Part shown: piece after piece, positions 7,996-21,258 of the stretch | Layout of the letters: every line of letters begins with the position of its first letter | Numbering within the stretch: position 1 is the stretch's first letter | Assembly (NCBI GenBank): GCA_964451985.1 | Contig: CAYVKB010000005.1 | Location: 1-57,497, forward strand | DNA from: an uncultured Fimbriimonadales bacterium | Lineage (GTDB): Bacteria; Armatimonadota; Fimbriimonadia; Fimbriimonadales; GBS-DC | DNA length: 57,497 nt | Direction: 5' to 3' | Program-made: the position numbers and the translations under genes | The notes under the pieces: generated by a model | The model's database searches: none | The model's input: the letters and a program-made list of their open reading frames with translations, nothing else | What the model was told of the DNA's origin: nothing

Positions 7996-9060
7996 ATGAG
8001 CGAGCTCAAACGAGTGCTGACGGGCGACCGACCGACAGGCAAACTCCATCTGGGGCACTATGTCGGCTCCTTGCAAAACCGCGTTAAACTTCAAGATGAG
8101 TATGAGTGCTACTTTCTGATTGCCGACCTGCATATGCTCACCACGCGCCCCACGCATGACGACATCGAGGAGATGCGCACGAATATCCGCGAGATGGTGC
8201 TGGATTACCTTGCAGTGGGCGTTGACCCAAACAAATCCACGATTTACCTTCAGTCGGCGGTGCATGCGGTCTATGAGATGAACCTGATTTTCGAGATGCT
8301 GGTCTCGTTGCCGCGCCTGACGCGCCTGCCGAGTATCAAAGATATGGCACGTGCAGCTAACATCGACGACGAATCAATCCCGTTCGGCTTGATTGGTTAT
8401 CCCGTGCTGCAGGCGGCGGATATTCTGATGCCCCGAGCGCATCTGGTTCCTGTGGGCAAGGACAACGAAGCACATGTGGAAATCACGCGCGAAATCGCCC
8501 GTCGGTTCAACAATCTCTATGGGGAGGTGTTTCCCATCCCTGATGTGATGCTGAGCGAAGTGCCCACGCTGGTGGGCACGGATGGGCAAGCGAAAATGAG
8601 CAAGAGCCTCGGCAACGCGATTTTCCTCTCCGACGACCCCAAAACGGTGGAGAAAAAAGTACGTGCGATGTACACCGACCCCAAGCGCATCCGCGCCGAT
8701 ATTCCAGGTACAGTAGAGGGCAATCCCGTGTTCATCTATCACGACATCTTCAACCCCGACCGCGAGGAGGTAGAAGATTTGAAAACCCGCTACCGCGAAG
8801 GGCGCGTGGGCGATGTGGAAGTGAAGGAGAAACTGGCGCGTGCGTTGAACAACTTTTTAGATCCCATCCGCGAGCGACGCGAACAGTTCGCCAAAGAGCG
8901 AGGGCTGGTGGAAGAGATTATCTACACGGGCACGCTGAAGGTGCGCCAAATTGCCGACGAGACGCTGGAGGCGATGAAGCAGGCGATGGGTTTACGCGGA
9001 ATCTGGAGAAATATTGAGCGGAAGGCGCGGGAGCGGATGAAAGAGGATCCCTCTGCGTAA
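7996..9060 (+). CDS. trpS: Tryptophan--tRNA ligase
   Basis: [16 protein letters not shown] (HIGH-type motif), [19 protein letters not shown]. Confidence 0.95.
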   Translation: MSELKRVLTGDRPTGKLHLGHYVGSLQNRVKLQDEYECYFLIADLHMLTTRPTHDDIEEMRTNIREMVLDYLAVGVDPNKSTIYLQSAVHAVYEMNLIFEMLVSLPRLTRLPSIKDMARAANIDDESIPFGLIGYPVLQAADILMPRAHLVPVGKDNEAHVEITREIARRFNNLYGEVFPIPDVMLSEVPTLVGTDGQAKMSKSLGNAIFLSDDPKTVEKKVRAMYTDPKRIRADIPGTVEGNPVFIYHDIFNPDREEVEDLKTRYREGRVGDVEVKEKLARALNNFLDPIRERREQFAKERGLVEEIIYTGTLKVRQIADETLEAMKQAMGLRGIWRNIERKARERMKEDPSA

Positions 9061-9227
9061 GTATTATTCTCATGGGTGTCTGGCATGCTCTGCAAGGTTG
9101 CACCTCGTAAAACAAAAAAAAAGCTACTCAGTTCGGTGTTCCTGTCTTCCCGGCGGATGGTTGCATGGCGAGACATAAGATGAGGCGTTGCAAAACATTC
9201 ACGACGCGATTACCAAGTACTTAGAGG

Positions 9228-9233
9228 TAGAAT
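9228..9233 (+). promoter_or_regulatory. -10 box (gGTAGAAT), 7 nt upstream of the ogg ATG (leaderless)
   Basis: The sequence reads aggTAGAATtggcgcgATG. Confidence 0.45.
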
Positions 9234-9240
9234 TGGCGCG

Positions 9241-10122
9241 ATGCGAGTTTCGGTACCTTTCTGGGAGTTGGACCTGCCGTTGTGCGTGCACAGCGGTCAA
9301 GTGTTCCGATGGCGACAAAACGGAGAGCAGTGGATTGGGCTTGCCGACGCACAGGTGCTTATCGTAGAGCCTTCAGGCAACCGCTGGCTGGTGCAATCGC
9401 CCACTTCCACTCAGCCCATTCAGGTGTTCTCGCGCCTGTTTCGGCTGGAAGTAGACCTCAAGTCCGTCCATCGAGAGCTAATCTGTCGCGATGAACGCTG
9501 GGCAGAGTGGGTTAGCGCGATGCCCGGCTTGCGCCTGATGCGTTGGCTGAGCGCGGAGGAGTGCCTGTTCTCGTTCCTGTGTACGCCCGCGAATAACATC
9601 CCGCGCATCACAGGCATGATTGAACGGCTGTGCGAGTGCTACGGCGAGCCTGTGGCGCAAGACGGCGAGACGACCTACTACGCTTTCCCGACTGCCGAGC
9701 GCATTGCAAGCGCAAATGAGGCGGAGCTGCGCGAGTTGGGCTTCGGCTACCGCGCGAAGAACCTTATCGAAGCAGCGCAGGCGTTGCAGACGCGCGGCAA
9801 CGGCTGGCTCGACTCGTTGCGCAAACTGCCCTACTGGGACGCTAAGCAGGAGCTGATGCAGCTGCCGGGCGTGGGCGCGAAGGTCGCCGACTGCGTGCTG
9901 CTGTTCGGGTTAGACAATCCGCTCGCCGTGCCCATCGATACCCACATGTGGCAAGCCGTCTCCGAGTGGCTGATGCCCGAACTAAAGGGCAAAAAACTAA
10001 CCGACAAAGCCTATCGCGAGGTGGTGGAGTGGTTCCACGAGCGGTTCGGCGAGTGGAGCGGCTGGGCGCATCAGTACCTGTTCACGGCGCACCTGCTGGG
10101 TGAGGAGCCTGACGCCGAATAG
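9241..10122 (+). CDS. ogg: 8-oxoguanine DNA glycosylase/AP lyase (OGG1-type, HhH-GPD)
   Basis: N-terminal OGG_N-like segment HSGQVFRWRQ. Also GYRAKNLIEAA, the HhH segment LPGVGAKVADCVLLFGL, and PIDTHMWQ. Confidence 0.85.
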   Translation: MRVSVPFWELDLPLCVHSGQVFRWRQNGEQWIGLADAQVLIVEPSGNRWLVQSPTSTQPIQVFSRLFRLEVDLKSVHRELICRDERWAEWVSAMPGLRLMRWLSAEECLFSFLCTPANNIPRITGMIERLCECYGEPVAQDGETTYYAFPTAERIASANEAELRELGFGYRAKNLIEAAQALQTRGNGWLDSLRKLPYWDAKQELMQLPGVGAKVADCVLLFGLDNPLAVPIDTHMWQAVSEWLMPELKGKKLTDKAYREVVEWFHERFGEWSGWAHQYLFTAHLLGEEPDAE

Positions 10123-10124
10123 GG

Positions 10125-10130
10125 TACAAT
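10125..10130 (+). promoter_or_regulatory. -10 box (GGGTACAAT), 8 nt upstream of the asd GTG (leaderless)
   Basis: The sequence reads gggTACAATcacccgctGTG. The box lies just past the ogg stop codon (TAG 10120-10122). Confidence 0.5.
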
Positions 10131-10138
10131 CACCCGCT

Positions 10139-11131
10139 GTGAAATATCGTGTGGCAATTGTCGGTGCGACGGGTGCAGTCGGGCAGGAGCTGCTGCAGGT
10201 ACTCGCGCAGCGCAACTTCCCAGTGCGTTCCCTGCGCCTCTTAGCGTCGGAGCGGTCGGCAGGCAAAACGCTGGAGTTTCAAGGCGAACCCGTGCACGTG
10301 GAAGCTGTGCAACCCGACTTGTTCAAAGGTATTGACATCGCCTTTTTCTCGGCGGGCAGCGCACGCAGCAAGGAGTATGCTCCCCTCGCCGTGCAGGCAG
10401 GCGCAGTGGTAATCGACAACTCCTCCGCCTTCCGGATGAATCCCGAAGTCCCGCTGGTGATTCCCGAAATCAATCCCGACGCCCTGCGCAAGCACAGGGG
10501 CATCCTCGCCAACCCGAACTGCTCGACGATTATTATGCTGATGGCGCTGGAGCCGTTGCGTCGCCTGTCGCGCATTCGGCGGATTATCGTATCCACCTAT
10601 CAAGCCGCCAGCGGCGCGGGCGCACAAGCGATGCAGGAACTGCTGGACGCCACACGCGCCTACCTGCAGAACGAGCCGTTCGAGCCGCAAGTGCTGCCCC
10701 ACCCTTACGCTTTCAATCTGTTCTCGCACAACTCAGCGATTGGCGAGGACGGCTACAACGAGGAGGAGCGCAAGATGATTGCCGAGACGCGTAAAATCTG
10801 GGGCGACTCGGAGCTTGCTGTTTCGCCGACCTGCGTGCGCGTGCCTGTGCTGCGAGCGCATAGCGAAAGTATTGTGGCGGAGCTGGAGACGCGCACCCCG
10901 CTGAAAGCGATTTACGAGGCGTACCAGAGCTTCCCCGGCGTCGCGCTAATAGACGACCGCGCGCGGAACCACTTCCCCATGCCCCTCGAAGCCACCGGGC
11001 GCGACGAAGTGCTGGTGGGACGCCTGCGCTATGATGCGGGTGTTCCGAACGGCGTCGCGCTGTTTGCTTGTGGCGACCAGCTGCGCAAAGGTGCCGCGCT
11101 GAACGCCGTGCAGATTGCCGAGCTTCTGTAG
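10139..11131 (+). CDS. asd: Aspartate-semialdehyde dehydrogenase
   Basis: VAIVGATGAVGQELLQVL, NPNCSTI (active-site Cys), YQAASGAGAQAM. Start trimmed to GTG 10139 (VKYRVAIVG...). Confidence 0.93.
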   Translation: MKYRVAIVGATGAVGQELLQVLAQRNFPVRSLRLLASERSAGKTLEFQGEPVHVEAVQPDLFKGIDIAFFSAGSARSKEYAPLAVQAGAVVIDNSSAFRMNPEVPLVIPEINPDALRKHRGILANPNCSTIIMLMALEPLRRLSRIRRIIVSTYQAASGAGAQAMQELLDATRAYLQNEPFEPQVLPHPYAFNLFSHNSAIGEDGYNEEERKMIAETRKIWGDSELAVSPTCVRVPVLRAHSESIVAELETRTPLKAIYEAYQSFPGVALIDDRARNHFPMPLEATGRDEVLVGRLRYDAGVPNGVALFACGDQLRKGAALNAVQIAELL

Positions 11132-11163
11132 CACAGGACGCGCTTGCTACCGTCGCCGTCAGG

Positions 11164-11169
11164 TACAAT
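11164..11169 (+). promoter_or_regulatory. -10 box (aGGTACAAT), 9 nt upstream of GTG 11179 (leaderless)
   Basis: The sequence reads aggTACAATctccccactGTG. Confidence 0.45.
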
Positions 11170-11178
11170 CTCCCCACT

Positions 11179-11928
11179 GTGTTGACGCGCACGTACATCC
11201 ACATTCCGGGCATCGCCGAGAGCATCGAGCGAGAACTCTGGCTGCAGGGGGCAGAAGATTGGTACACCCTTGTCGAAAACTCGCAACGCTGGCGCATCAG
11301 CGAGCCTTATCTAAGTGCCGTGCTACAGGGCGCACAAACCTCCATTGAGGCATACGAAGAGGGCGACTACGCCTACTTCGCAGGGAGGCTGCCCGTGAAA
11401 GAACATTGGCGCGCCTACGAGGAGTTCCGCCAAGAGACCGCCTACCTCGATGTGGAGACTGACGGCGGCTCGCAAATCACGGTCATCGGCGTCTACGACG
11501 GCGAGGAAATCTATCAGTTCGTGCTGGGCGAAAACCTCGAGGAGTTCCCCGACTTCATTCAAGAGTTCTCGATGCTGGTCACCTTCAACGGGCTGCACTT
11601 CGATGTGCCGATGCTCTATAAAAACTTCCCCCGCCTGACGCTAGACCAACTGCACCTGGATTTATGCCCGACGCTGCGCCGCGTAGGGTTGAAGGGTGGC
11701 TTGAAGCGCATCGAGCAGCAGTTGGGGCTGATTCGCGACCCCGATTTGGACGGGCTGAGTGGGCGCGAGGCGGTGCTGCTGTGGCAAGCCTACCGACTGG
11801 GACACGATTCGGCACTGGAGACTCTCCTGCGCTACAACCGTGAGGACATCGTGAACCTCAAGCCGCTCGCGGGGCTGGCGTACAAACGGCTCCGAGAGAA
11901 AACCACCGCGCTGCGACCTGTGAGGTAG
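11179..11928 (+). CDS. RNase H-fold 3'-5' exonuclease-like protein (YprB/PolB-exo-related family)
   Basis: AYLDVETDG...VIGVYDGE...LVTFNGLHFDVPML...NREDIVNL, a DEDD-like acidic residue pattern. Confidence 0.6.
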   Translation: MLTRTYIHIPGIAESIERELWLQGAEDWYTLVENSQRWRISEPYLSAVLQGAQTSIEAYEEGDYAYFAGRLPVKEHWRAYEEFRQETAYLDVETDGGSQITVIGVYDGEEIYQFVLGENLEEFPDFIQEFSMLVTFNGLHFDVPMLYKNFPRLTLDQLHLDLCPTLRRVGLKGGLKRIEQQLGLIRDPDLDGLSGREAVLLWQAYRLGHDSALETLLRYNREDIVNLKPLAGLAYKRLREKTTALRPVR

Positions 11929-11971
11929 CATTTCCCATCGTTTAGGAACCTAAACCGCCCTTGAATCGTAC

Positions 11972-11977
11972 TATAAT
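11972..11977 (+). promoter_or_regulatory. -10 box (TATAAT) driving the long prkA leader
   Basis: The sequence reads cgtacTATAATagtatgGCAGGGG. The predicted TSS near 11984 coincides with the 5' end of the closing helix of the structured element. Confidence 0.4.
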
Positions 11978-11983
11978 AGTATG

Positions 11984-12114
11984 GCAGGGGAACCCTCCTG
12001 CCGCAGCGGGCAGTACCCTTTCAGAACTGGCGTTTGGGAGTCTTCGCCTCCAAAGTATACACGGTTTACACAGCGTGTATGGAATAGTTCCTTCACGGGT
12101 TCCGAAACCCCTGC
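11984..12114 (+). ncRNA. Structured RNA element (multi-stem, closed by a long-range helix) in the 5' leader of prkA; class unknown
   Basis: 5' GCAGGGG-AACCC (11984-11995) pairs with GGGTT-ccgaaa-CCCCTGC (12097-12114). The enclosed local hairpins are CTGCCg-cag-cGGCAG, GGAG-tcttcgc-CTCC and TACAC-N12-GTGTA. Confidence 0.25.
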
Positions 12115-12265
12115 ATTTTCGTCGCCGTCGAACCGATAATATCAAACGGCGTCGTTGGGGCAATCCCGTATCCTAAGAATACATGGGGTGAACACCATGA
12201 GGCGAACCGAACGCCCGTCGCGGGAACATGCGACCCGACTGCCCGTGCCACGCACAAGGGGGTCT

Positions 12266-14203
12266 ATGAGTATGAGCGCATCCGACTTCTTGCGCCAGAT
12301 CGAAGAACAGCGACGGCTGGAAAAACAGATTATATGGGAAGGCACTTTTCGGGAGTATCTGGAGATTGTCCAGCAAAACCCGAAGGTAGCAAACCTCGCG
12401 CACGCACGCGTGTACGATATGATTCTCAGCGCGGGTGTCGAGGAACACGGCGACGGACAGCCCCGAGAGTACAAGTTTTTCACTTCAGAACTGTTCGGCA
12501 TGGAGCGCACCCTCCAGCAACTCGTGGAGGAATACTTCGCGCCTGCTGCCAAACGACTCGATGTGCGCAAACGCATCCTGCTGCTGGTCGGTCCTGTCGG
12601 GGGTGGTAAATCGACACTGGTCACCATGCTCAAACGGGGCCTGGAACGCTACTCGCGCACTGACGAGGGCGCGGTGTATGCCATTAAGGATTGCCCCATG
12701 CATGAAGAGCCGTTGCACCTCGTGCCCGAAGAGCTGCGCGCTGACTTCAAACGCCAGTTCGGCGTGCATATCGAGGGCGAACTGTGCCCCGTGTGCCAGT
12801 GGAAACTGCGCCACGAATGGGGCGACAACATTCAAGATGTGCCCGTTGTGCGCATCCGATTCTCCGAACGCGAGCGCGTCGGTATTGGCACCTTCAAACC
12901 GTCCGACCCGAAATCGCAGGATGTGTCCGAACTGACGGGCAGCGTGAACCTGAACCTGCTGACCCAAATCGGCGTGGAGTCCGACCCGCGCGTCTACAAC
13001 TTCGACGGGGAGCTGAACAAAGCCAACCGCGGCGTGATGGAGTTCATCGAGATGCTCAAAGCCGACAAGCGGTTTCTGTATGAACTCAACACCGTCGCGG
13101 GCGAGCAAATGATCAAAATCGGACGCTTCGCGCTGATTTACACCGATGTGGTTGTGATTGCGCACACTAACGAGTACGAATACAACGCCTACTTCTCCAA
13201 CAAAGAGAACGAGGCGATGATCGACCGCATGTTCGTGGTCAAAGTGCCCTACAACCTGCAGGTCTCGCAAGAGGTGCGCATCTACGAGAAACTGATTCAG
13301 CAGTCGCAGTGGAGCGACGAGACGCAAGACCTTTCGCAGGTGCATATCGCGCCGCACTCGCTGCGCGTGGCGGCGATGTTCGCTGTGCTGAGCCGCCTGA
13401 AGCCGCCTAAGCGCAGCGGCATGTCGCTGATGACCAAGATGAAACTCTACGACGGCGAGCGGCAGGTCGGCGACTGGGATCAACGCCATGTAAAAGAACT
13501 GCGCGAGGAGTACACCGACGAGGGCTTGAACGGCGTCTCGCCCCGATTCATCCTGAACCGCCTCTCGGCAGCGATGGTGCGCGGCGACAAACGCTATATC
13601 ACGCCCATCGATGTGCTGCGCTCCATCCGCGACGGTCTCACCGAATACACCAGCAACGAGGAAGAGCGCAAGAAACTGCTCACTCTGCTGGACGACGTGC
13701 GCAAAGAGTACGACGAGCAAATCAAGAAGGAAGTGCAGCGGTTCTTCGTGTACAGCTACGAGGAAGCCGCACACACCCTGCTGGAGAACTACCTGGACAA
13801 CGTCGACGCCTTCTGCAACAAAACGAAGGTGCGCGACCCGATTACCAACGAGGAAGTCGACCCCGACGAGAAACTGATGCGCAGCATCGAGGAGCAGATT
13901 GGCGTATCCGAGAACGCCAAGCGCGAGTTCCGTGAGGGGATTATGCGCTCGGTGGCGTCGCTGGCGCGGCGCGGTGTGCGCTTCGAAATCGGCAGCGACG
14001 AACGCCTGCGCGAGGCAATCGAGCGCAAACTCTTCGCCGACCTGAAAGATGTGGTGAAAATCACTACCTCCGCGCGCACACCCGACCCCGAGCAGCTGCG
14101 CAAGATTAACGATGTCATCGACCGCATGGTCGCTCACGGCGGCTACACGCCCGAAAGTGCGAACGAGATTCTGCGCTACGTGGGCGCGCTGCTGAACCGC
14201 TAA
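12266..14203 (+). CDS. prkA: PrkA-family serine protein kinase (AAA+ domain plus PrkC-like domain)
   Basis: Walker A LLLVGPVGGGKSTLV plus the typical PrkA N-terminus (FREYLEIVQQNPKVANLAHARVYDMI). ATG 12266 follows an AAGGGGG SD. The track's upstream extension is rejected. Confidence 0.9.
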   Translation: MSMSASDFLRQIEEQRRLEKQIIWEGTFREYLEIVQQNPKVANLAHARVYDMILSAGVEEHGDGQPREYKFFTSELFGMERTLQQLVEEYFAPAAKRLDVRKRILLLVGPVGGGKSTLVTMLKRGLERYSRTDEGAVYAIKDCPMHEEPLHLVPEELRADFKRQFGVHIEGELCPVCQWKLRHEWGDNIQDVPVVRIRFSERERVGIGTFKPSDPKSQDVSELTGSVNLNLLTQIGVESDPRVYNFDGELNKANRGVMEFIEMLKADKRFLYELNTVAGEQMIKIGRFALIYTDVVVIAHTNEYEYNAYFSNKENEAMIDRMFVVKVPYNLQVSQEVRIYEKLIQQSQWSDETQDLSQVHIAPHSLRVAAMFAVLSRLKPPKRSGMSLMTKMKLYDGERQVGDWDQRHVKELREEYTDEGLNGVSPRFILNRLSAAMVRGDKRYITPIDVLRSIRDGLTEYTSNEEERKKLLTLLDDVRKEYDEQIKKEVQRFFVYSYEEAAHTLLENYLDNVDAFCNKTKVRDPITNEEVDPDEKLMRSIEEQIGVSENAKREFREGIMRSVASLARRGVRFEIGSDERLREAIERKLFADLKDVVKITTSARTPDPEQLRKINDVIDRMVAHGGYTPESANEILRYVGALLNR

Positions 14204-14334
14204 CCGTCGCACTGACAGTCCTGTCTCAGTCAGCGCAGTGCACGGACTGAACTGTCCATGCGACAAAAGGCAGAAGGCTGTCCTGCGCTCCGATGAACGC
14301 GGGACAGCCCTGCTGCCGAGAGGAGGTACTGAGT

Positions 14335-15216
14335 TTATCGACGGTAGTCAGGACCTGTCGTCTCGGGGTAAGTATAGATGCCGCGCTGCTGGTACTCGAC
14401 GACAATCTCCGCTTGCGAGCGGAAGCTGCCGTCGGCGTTTTGGAACGACGGATCGCGGTAGAATTTTGCGTGTCCATCGCAGAATGTCCAGTTGCGCCCT
14501 TCCTGGTGGCGGCGTCCCTTGCGCCAGCGAGCGTCGTTTTGGTTGTTGCCGTAGCCCGGCGCGATGTACCAGGCGGCGAACGCATTCCCGTTAGGCGCGA
14601 TGTTGCTGCCCACATCCGCAATGAAGAACACGTTTGCGGGGAAGTTGATACCAGCCAGCGGGCGCATCTTCTCGCCACGATAGTTGTTGCGGTCAAAGCC
14701 AGGGTCATACGTGCGGCTCAGGAAGTAGTTGCCCGCATACGATAGCGGGAACGAATCGCGCATCGCGTTCACCACGTTGCGCATGCCTGAATAGGAGCGC
14801 GGCATGTTCACCGCCAGCAGCTGCGCCTCGTAGCAGAAGGAACCGAGCTTGTTAAACCCGCCCTTATCGGGATCGCTGGGACACTGGAAGATGTTCCAGT
14901 TCTTGATGTAGGGGGCACTTGCAATTGGGAACGAGAACACGCCACTGAAAAAGTCGTCACCAATCGCATACACGCCGTTCGCGTTCGGTACAGGGCTGCT
15001 GCAGGGACCGACCCAGCCCGTCTCAGGTAGAATCTCGTCCCAATCTTGCGCATACATCATACCCGCCAGACCAATCTGACGCGCATTCGATAAACACGAG
15101 GACTTGCGCGCGCTCTCACGCGCTTGTGCAAACACAGGGAACAGAATCGCTGCCAGAATCGCGATAATCGCGATGACCACCAGTAGCTCAATCAGCGTAA
15201 AGCCGTTTCTGCGCAT
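14335..15216 (-). CDS. Prepilin-type N-terminal cleavage/methylation domain protein (DUF1559, H-X9-DG family)
   Basis: [34 protein letters not shown]...; C-terminal [12 protein letters not shown]. Confidence 0.85.
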   Translation of the reverse strand: MRRNGFTLIELLVVIAIIAILAAILFPVFAQARESARKSSCLSNARQIGLAGMMYAQDWDEILPETGWVGPCSSPVPNANGVYAIGDDFFSGVFSFPIASAPYIKNWNIFQCPSDPDKGGFNKLGSFCYEAQLLAVNMPRSYSGMRNVVNAMRDSFPLSYAGNYFLSRTYDPGFDRNNYRGEKMRPLAGINFPANVFFIADVGSNIAPNGNAFAAWYIAPGYGNNQNDARWRKGRRHQEGRNWTFCDGHAKFYRDPSFQNADGSFRSQAEIVVEYQQRGIYTYPETTGPDYRR

Positions 15217-15351
15217 GGTTGTGCCTCCGAATCAGAGCATACTCCACGCGATGTTAAGGAGAGGTAAAAACGTGCGCCGGTTTTAACTCTGGTAAAAATA
15301 CGGGTATTTTGCGAGGAACAACCCCACCTCCACTGCGTCTACACGCTTACT

Positions 15352-16173
15352 ATGCGTAAGCGGTATGGTTTCACTCTGATTGAATTGCTGGTCGTAATTG
15401 CGATCATCGCCATTTTGGCGGCGATCCTATTCCCCGTGTTTGCACAAGCGCGTGAGCAGGCGCGCAAAACGCAGTGTCTGTCGAACGGACGCCAGCTCGG
15501 CACGGCGATTATGATGTACGCGCAGGACTACGACGAGGCAATCGTCGGCTGGTTTAAAGTTGCCGAATATGCGGGACAGCCCCTCGTGGAGCGATTCTGG
15601 ATTGGCATGCTGAACCCGTATGTCAAGAGCGAAATCACGCGTCCGCCCACAGGACAGGTGTTCCTCAGCGGTGGTCAGCCGAAAGGTTTGTACGCCTGCC
15701 CTTCGTGGAGCCAGAGCAACTACCTCAAAGGCGCAAACATGCCCGACTGCTACCCTGGCGCGTATGATCCCTACTTCCCGCCCACAGAGGTCTACTCGCA
15801 CTACGGCATGGTATTCCAGATGGCTCAGCGCGACGGCGCGGGCACGCAGCAGAATCCCTTCTACCATTACGCAGGTAGCTTGGTATATCCTGCGGCAAGC
15901 GGCGGCCTAACTCGCTACCTCGCAGAAATCCGCCGCCCCGGCGAAACGATTCTGATGGGCGACGGTATCACGATGTTGGATCGCGGTCCCACCTACGTTC
16001 TCATCTCACTTGGCTGCGAATCGCAATACATTCACCAAGAGGGAAGCAACTTCGTCTTTTTGGATGGGCACTCCAAATACATCTCGCGCAACTCTGAGCG
16101 ATACTTAGCCAGCACCGTCGAGAACGGTCAGACTGTGTACTTCATGCGCTACTATACCTTCTCGATGGAGTGA
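15352..16173 (+). CDS. Prepilin-type N-terminal cleavage/methylation domain protein (DUF1559, H-X9-DG family)
   Basis: [39 protein letters not shown]...; C-terminal [12 protein letters not shown]. Confidence 0.85.
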   Translation: MRKRYGFTLIELLVVIAIIAILAAILFPVFAQAREQARKTQCLSNGRQLGTAIMMYAQDYDEAIVGWFKVAEYAGQPLVERFWIGMLNPYVKSEITRPPTGQVFLSGGQPKGLYACPSWSQSNYLKGANMPDCYPGAYDPYFPPTEVYSHYGMVFQMAQRDGAGTQQNPFYHYAGSLVYPAASGGLTRYLAEIRRPGETILMGDGITMLDRGPTYVLISLGCESQYIHQEGSNFVFLDGHSKYISRNSERYLASTVENGQTVYFMRYYTFSME

Positions 16174-16222
16174 ACTTCTCTTCCGTTCACGGCGAAAGCC
16201 TCACTATGCGGCGCTCCACTGA

Positions 16223-19786
<3,564 letters not shown>

Positions 19787-20056
19787 GGTACAATTTCTGG
19801 TACCCATCACGATTGCCGACGTTAACGACCTGATGCGCCTACTGGAGGAACATCCCGACTGGCGGGAGGTGTTGCAGCGCAGGCTGTTCACTGAAGAGGC
19901 ATCGTTACACATGCTCGACGAGAACCTTGAGACCAAGCGGAAGTGCGCCGCCGTATTCTCAGCAAGGAGTTTCTGGACCGCCTGAGCGCGTGAAGCGTGT
20001 GGAACCTGCAGGAATTCATGCCAGCGCCCCGAACCCTGCGCATTCGGGAGTCGACG

Positions 20057-20731
20057 ATGCGAACACTGTGGCTACTCACACTGGGGACTTCAATACTAGG
20101 CGGCAGCCTACTTATGGCGAATCAGGATGGCGTTCGTGCGGAGTCCGAGCGCGTCACGATTGTTCAGCTCTTCAACGGGCGCGACCTAAGTGGCTGGAAA
20201 GCCTATTTAGCCGACCCGAACGCCCGAATGGAGGATGTGTGGCGCGTGGAGGACGGTATCCTCATCTGTAAAGGTCAGCCGCTGGGCTATATCTATACCG
20301 AGAAGGACTACAAAAACTACATCCTGCGTGTAGAGTGGCGCTGGGCACCCGACAAGTCGCCCGGCAACAGCGGTGTGCTACTGCGTGTGCACGGCGAGCA
20401 TAAAATCTGGCCCCGCTCGGTAGAAGCGCAACTGATGCATATGAACGCGGGTGACTTCTGGCTTATCGAGGGCGCACCGCTGCGAACCGACCCGGCGTTC
20501 GTGGATAAAAACGCCGAACGCCACCGCTGGCGCAAAAAGAATGCCGAAAAGCCCGCTCCCGAATGGAACCAGTACGAGATTATCGTATACAAAGACCGCA
20601 TCCTGCTACGCGTGAACGACGAGCTGGTGAACGAGGGCACAGGTGCAGAGGAGATTGCCGGCAAAATCGCGCTGCAGTCCGAAGGAGGCGAAATACACTT
20701 TCGGAAGGTCGAGCTGATTGTGCTGGAGTAG
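20057..20731 (+). CDS. DUF1080 (3-keto-disaccharide hydrolase-like, concanavalin-fold) secreted protein
   Basis: Signal peptide MRTLWLLTLGTSILGGSLLMA. Also LFNGRDLSGWK, WRVEDGIL, YKNYILRVEWRW, NSGVLLRV and GKIALQSEGGEIHFRKVEL. Confidence 0.8.
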   Translation: MRTLWLLTLGTSILGGSLLMANQDGVRAESERVTIVQLFNGRDLSGWKAYLADPNARMEDVWRVEDGILICKGQPLGYIYTEKDYKNYILRVEWRWAPDKSPGNSGVLLRVHGEHKIWPRSVEAQLMHMNAGDFWLIEGAPLRTDPAFVDKNAERHRWRKKNAEKPAPEWNQYEIIVYKDRILLRVNDELVNEGTGAEEIAGKIALQSEGGEIHFRKVELIVLE

Positions 20732-20784
20732 GCGAACATGAATCAACAGCAGGAATTCGGTCGTTCCAGACGAATTAATCCTCA

Positions 20785-21258
20785 GTGAACTCACCGAAGA
20801 GCCTGCAGGAGACCTACGCGCCGAACAGCATTTGCTACGGCTGTGGACCCGCGAATCCGCAGGGACTGCGCATCCGCAGCTTTGCAACTGAAGGTGGTGA
20901 GCTAATCGCCGAGTGGCAGCCGCAGCCACATCATCAGGCGTTTGTAGGCGTGCTAAACGGCGGTGTGATTGGCACGCTGCTGGATTGTCACTGCAACTGG
21001 ACTGCCGCGTACCACCTGATGACTACGCAGGGGCTGGAGCATATCCCACCCACTGTCACAGCAGAATACACGATTAGGATGCTTCGCCCCACGCCTGCGG
21101 ATACGACGCTTCACCTGCGTGCCCGCCCTGTGGAGGCAAGCGGTAGCAAGGTGGTCGTGGAGGGCGAATTGATAGCCAGCGGCGAGGTGTGCGCCACCTG
21201 CCGCGGCGTGTTCGTGGCAGTCAAACCCGGACACCCCGCGTACCATCGGTGGGAATAA
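20785..21258 (+). CDS. PaaI-family hotdog-fold thioesterase
   Basis: NSICYGCGPANPQGLRIRSF...QAFVGVLNGGVIGTLLDCHCNW, which matches the PaaI/thioesterase superfamily pattern as I recall it. Confidence 0.7.
   Translation: MNSPKSLQETYAPNSICYGCGPANPQGLRIRSFATEGGELIAEWQPQPHHQAFVGVLNGGVIGTLLDCHCNWTAAYHLMTTQGLEHIPPTVTAEYTIRMLRPTPADTTLHLRARPVEASGSKVVVEGELIASGEVCATCRGVFVAVKPGHPAYHRWE

Noticed and set aside
9114-9122. A9 homopolymer in the trpS-ogg spacer, rare in this GC-rich DNA.
   Set aside because: No adjacent stable hairpin makes it a terminator on either strand, and no gene could be phase-varied by it. It is noted only as a compositional oddity.
11981-12139. 52-codon ORF (MAGEPSCRSGQYPFRTG...) inside the prkA leader.
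   Set aside because: The ATG is only 3 nt from the -10 hexamer, too close to be on the transcript. The peptide is low-complexity (Ser/Pro/Thr-rich). The region is better explained as structured RNA.
12485-14266. 593-aa ORF antisense to prkA, the longest non-annotated ORF in the track.
   Set aside because: It mirrors the prkA frame in a high-GC gene. Its translation is low-complexity (A/V/H/L/Q/F-rich) with no motif, whereas the sense strand carries clear PrkA motifs. This is the typical shadow ORF of a GC-rich genome.
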